From NCBI GenBank assembly GCA_963788195.1, contig CAWBGA010000002.1:320001-384000 (forward strand): a stretch of 64,000 nucleotides of DNA, written 5' to 3'. Each line of letters opens with the position of its first letter. Position 1 is the stretch's first letter. The stretch comes from Nitrospirota bacterium (lineage in GTDB: Bacteria > Nitrospirota > Nitrospiria > Nitrospirales > NS-4). The notes under the pieces are model-generated. The model was given only the letters and a program-made list of their open reading frames with translations. It did not search any database and was not told where the DNA came from. The translations under genes and the position numbers were made by a program. Of this stretch, positions 61,804 through 64,000 are shown piece by piece.

Positions 61804-63392
61804 TTACGCGCTGTACCGTGCCTCAAAGATAGTGGCGCCTTGAGCAACCGCTATTGCGTGGTCGGGATTTGCGGCGAGGTGCTGCAGGATCCTGAAAATC
61901 GCTTCGCGTTCCCCCGGCTTGCCGAGCGCCTCAGCGATCTGATCGACGGTGAATAATTGCTTTTCTGTGACTGGACAGATGGTCCAGCACGCGATGCTGC
62001 AGGGCAATGACCGCTGCGGCAGCTTTCTTGCCGGCTTCGACGCCCGGCTGATGATACGCATTGACATTAATCAGTGACGCGTAAAAACCGACTGCCCGCT
62101 CGAACAAGCGCGATCAGTGTTCCGATGCTCTCCGGACTGACGGCGTTCAAGGTGATGGTGATCGACTCGCGGTCGTTCTCAAACAAGGCTCGGCGCGTGC
62201 CCTGGAGAAAGCCGCTCAAGTAGTCTCCGCTCGTGACGCCCGGATCAACCTCCATAGAGGGCCCCGCCCGGTCCTTGAGCACCTCGATGAAGACCACGAA
62301 AAAATTGTTGATTCCCTCACGAAGTTGCTGCACGTAGGCATGCTGGTCTGTCGAGCCCTTGTTGCCGTATACCGCCAGGCCCTGATGCACAATTGCGCCG
62401 GACAGGTCTTTTTCCTTGCCCAGCGATTCCATCACCAGCTGCTGCAGATAGCGGCTGAACAGCTCAAGCCTGTCTTTATAAGGAAGCACAACCATGTCCT
62501 TCTGCCCCTTGCCCTTGCCTGCGTGATACCACATCAAGGCAAGCAGCGCCGCCGGGTTTTGTCGCGGGTTGGTGTTGCGCGTGACCTCATCCATGGCGCG
62601 CGCGCCGGCCAAGAGGGCGTCGATATCGAAGCCCTGAAGCGCCGCGGGCAGCAGGCCGACCGCCGAGAGTTCCGAGGTGCGGCCGCCGACCCAATCCCAC
62701 ATGGGAAACCGCGCCAGCCAATCCTTCGCGGTCGACGTCCAGCTCGACTGCCGTGGCTAGTGACCGCCACCGCATGAAGGGGAAACCGCAAGCCCATACG
62801 CTCGTAAGCGGCTTTGGCCTCCAGCATGCCATTTCGTGTTTCCTTGGTTCCCCCGGATTTGGAAATCACGATCGTGAGGGTATCCTCCAGATTCGTGCCC
62901 GATTTGCGACAGGACCTTGTCCATGCCATCAGGGTCGGTATTGTCAAAGAACCACGCGCGCAGGCGATCCCCGGCTGTCGTGAGGGCTTCGGTGACGAAC
63001 TGTGGGCCAAGCGCCGAGCCGCCGATGCCGATCAGCAGCAGGTTCTTGAATGTCTTGCGTCTCTCCGGGCGGATCTGACCCTGATGAATGTCGCCCGCGA
63101 AACGCTTTATCTCATCGAGTGTGGACTGGATGTCCTTCTGGATCTGCGGGTCGGGGGCCAGTGCGGGATTTCGTAACCAGTAATGGCCGACCATGCGGCG
63201 TTCGTCGGGATTGGCGATGGCCCCATGCTCGAGGGCCGACATGTCTACGAAGGCCTTTTGGATGGCAGGGGCCATCGTGGTGAAATACGAGTCCGGAAAG
63301 TTCATGCGGCTGATGTCGACCGTCATGCCGACGGTGGGATTGACGTTCAGATAAGCTCTGAAACGGTTCCAAAGATCAGCGGATAGAGTCAT
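61804..63392 (-). CDS. pgi: Glucose-6-phosphate isomerase; frameshifted
   Basis: [45 protein letters not shown]. Confidence 0.93.
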
Positions 63393-63423
63393 ATACGAAC
63401 CGTAGCGCGGGAGATTTTGCTAG

Positions 63424-64000
63424 TCAATTGGCTACCCTACTCGGAATCACGCGGTAAATTTCTCCGCTTTGATGCTCGAGGAAATAGATCTCTCCCCGCG
63501 CATCCTCTCCAAAAGAGCTGATGCTGTGGCTTCCGCCGCTCGACGGGGGTGTCAGCTGCCGGGTGACATCCTGTAGGTTTGTCGCGCGGCCTTCGACAAG
63601 TCTGAAGGTCCGGATAAATCCCTTCATGTAGTCGGCGTAGAAATAGGTGCCGTGCAGGTTCGGCATCCGACAGCCGCGATACACGAAGCCCCCGGTAATG
63701 GCAGCGTGAGGAGCGGTAGGGTATTCGAGCACAGGTGTCGTCAGGCCATCGGTCGGGCACTTAACTGGAGGATTGAAGCAGTGAAGACCTTCCATATATC
63801 GCCAGCCATAATTCTCGCCGCCATGGCTCGATGCCGGCTGGACATCCACTTCTTCCCACATGTTCTGTCCGACATCGCCGATATAGACGTCGCCCGTGCC
63901 GCGATCGAATGAGAATCGCCACGGATTGCGCAGGCCATAGGCCCAAATTTCCGGTGCGGCGCCCTTCCTATTCATAAAGGGGTTGGAGGGAGGGATGGCA
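63424..64000 (-). CDS. PQQ-dependent sugar dehydrogenase (GSDH family; 5' part outside window)
   Basis: EIWAYGLRNPWRFSFD, DVGQ..WEEV, NYGW, SFGEDARGE. Confidence 0.9.
   Translation of the reverse strand, partial: AIPPSNPFMNRKGAAPEIWAYGLRNPWRFSFDRGTGDVYIGDVGQNMWEEVDVQPASSHGGENYGWRYMEGLHCFNPPVKCPTDGLTTPVLEYPTAPHAAITGGFVYRGCRMPNLHGTYFYADYMKGFIRTFRLVEGRATNLQDVTRQLTPPSSGGSHSISSFGEDARGEIYFLEHQSGEIYRVIPSRVAN

Noticed and set aside
4494..63392. Many frameshifted genes as pseudogenes, programmed frameshifts or phase variation
   Set aside because: Single-base indels also hit housekeeping genes (pgi, thyX) with otherwise intact motifs and mostly lack slippery tracts. Uncorrected long-read error is the simplest explanation.

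Overview
Chromosomal window from a GC-rich Gram-negative bacterium. Gene content and order suggest Nitrospirota, which is an inference. Many genes, including housekeeping ones (pgi, thyX, fliC, fliD), are split by single-base frameshifts, most likely long-read indel errors. Bases 1-28.5 kb form a late-flagellar region: a nonulosonic-acid flagellin glycosylation island (NeuB, NeuC, CMP-transferase, dehydratase, aminotransferase, oxidoreductase, B12 radical SAM enzyme, two Maf-like transferases, a sialidase-fold protein), fliC-flaG-fliD-fliS-fliS-fliT-like, and a c-di-GMP cluster (PilZ, REC, hybrid kinase, REC-GGDEF, HD-GYP). Five sigma28-like promoters are visible across it. The rest holds tRNA-Leu(CAG), tRNA-Arg(ACG), rplI-glyA-nrdR plus a two-component system, lpxC behind a sigma54 promoter, glnS, thyX, pgi and others. 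The most striking unannotated feature is a minus-strand unit at 41.3-42.1 kb: a coiled-coil/HARE-HTH gene followed by two tandem 11-12 aa lysine-rich micro-ORFs (MPAKKKAAKKKR, MPAKKKAKKKR), each with a perfect Shine-Dalgarno, then a terminator-like hairpin and a 119-nt long hairpin. Also notable are a 48-bp repeat family with covarying stems and a DNA ligase gene remnant.
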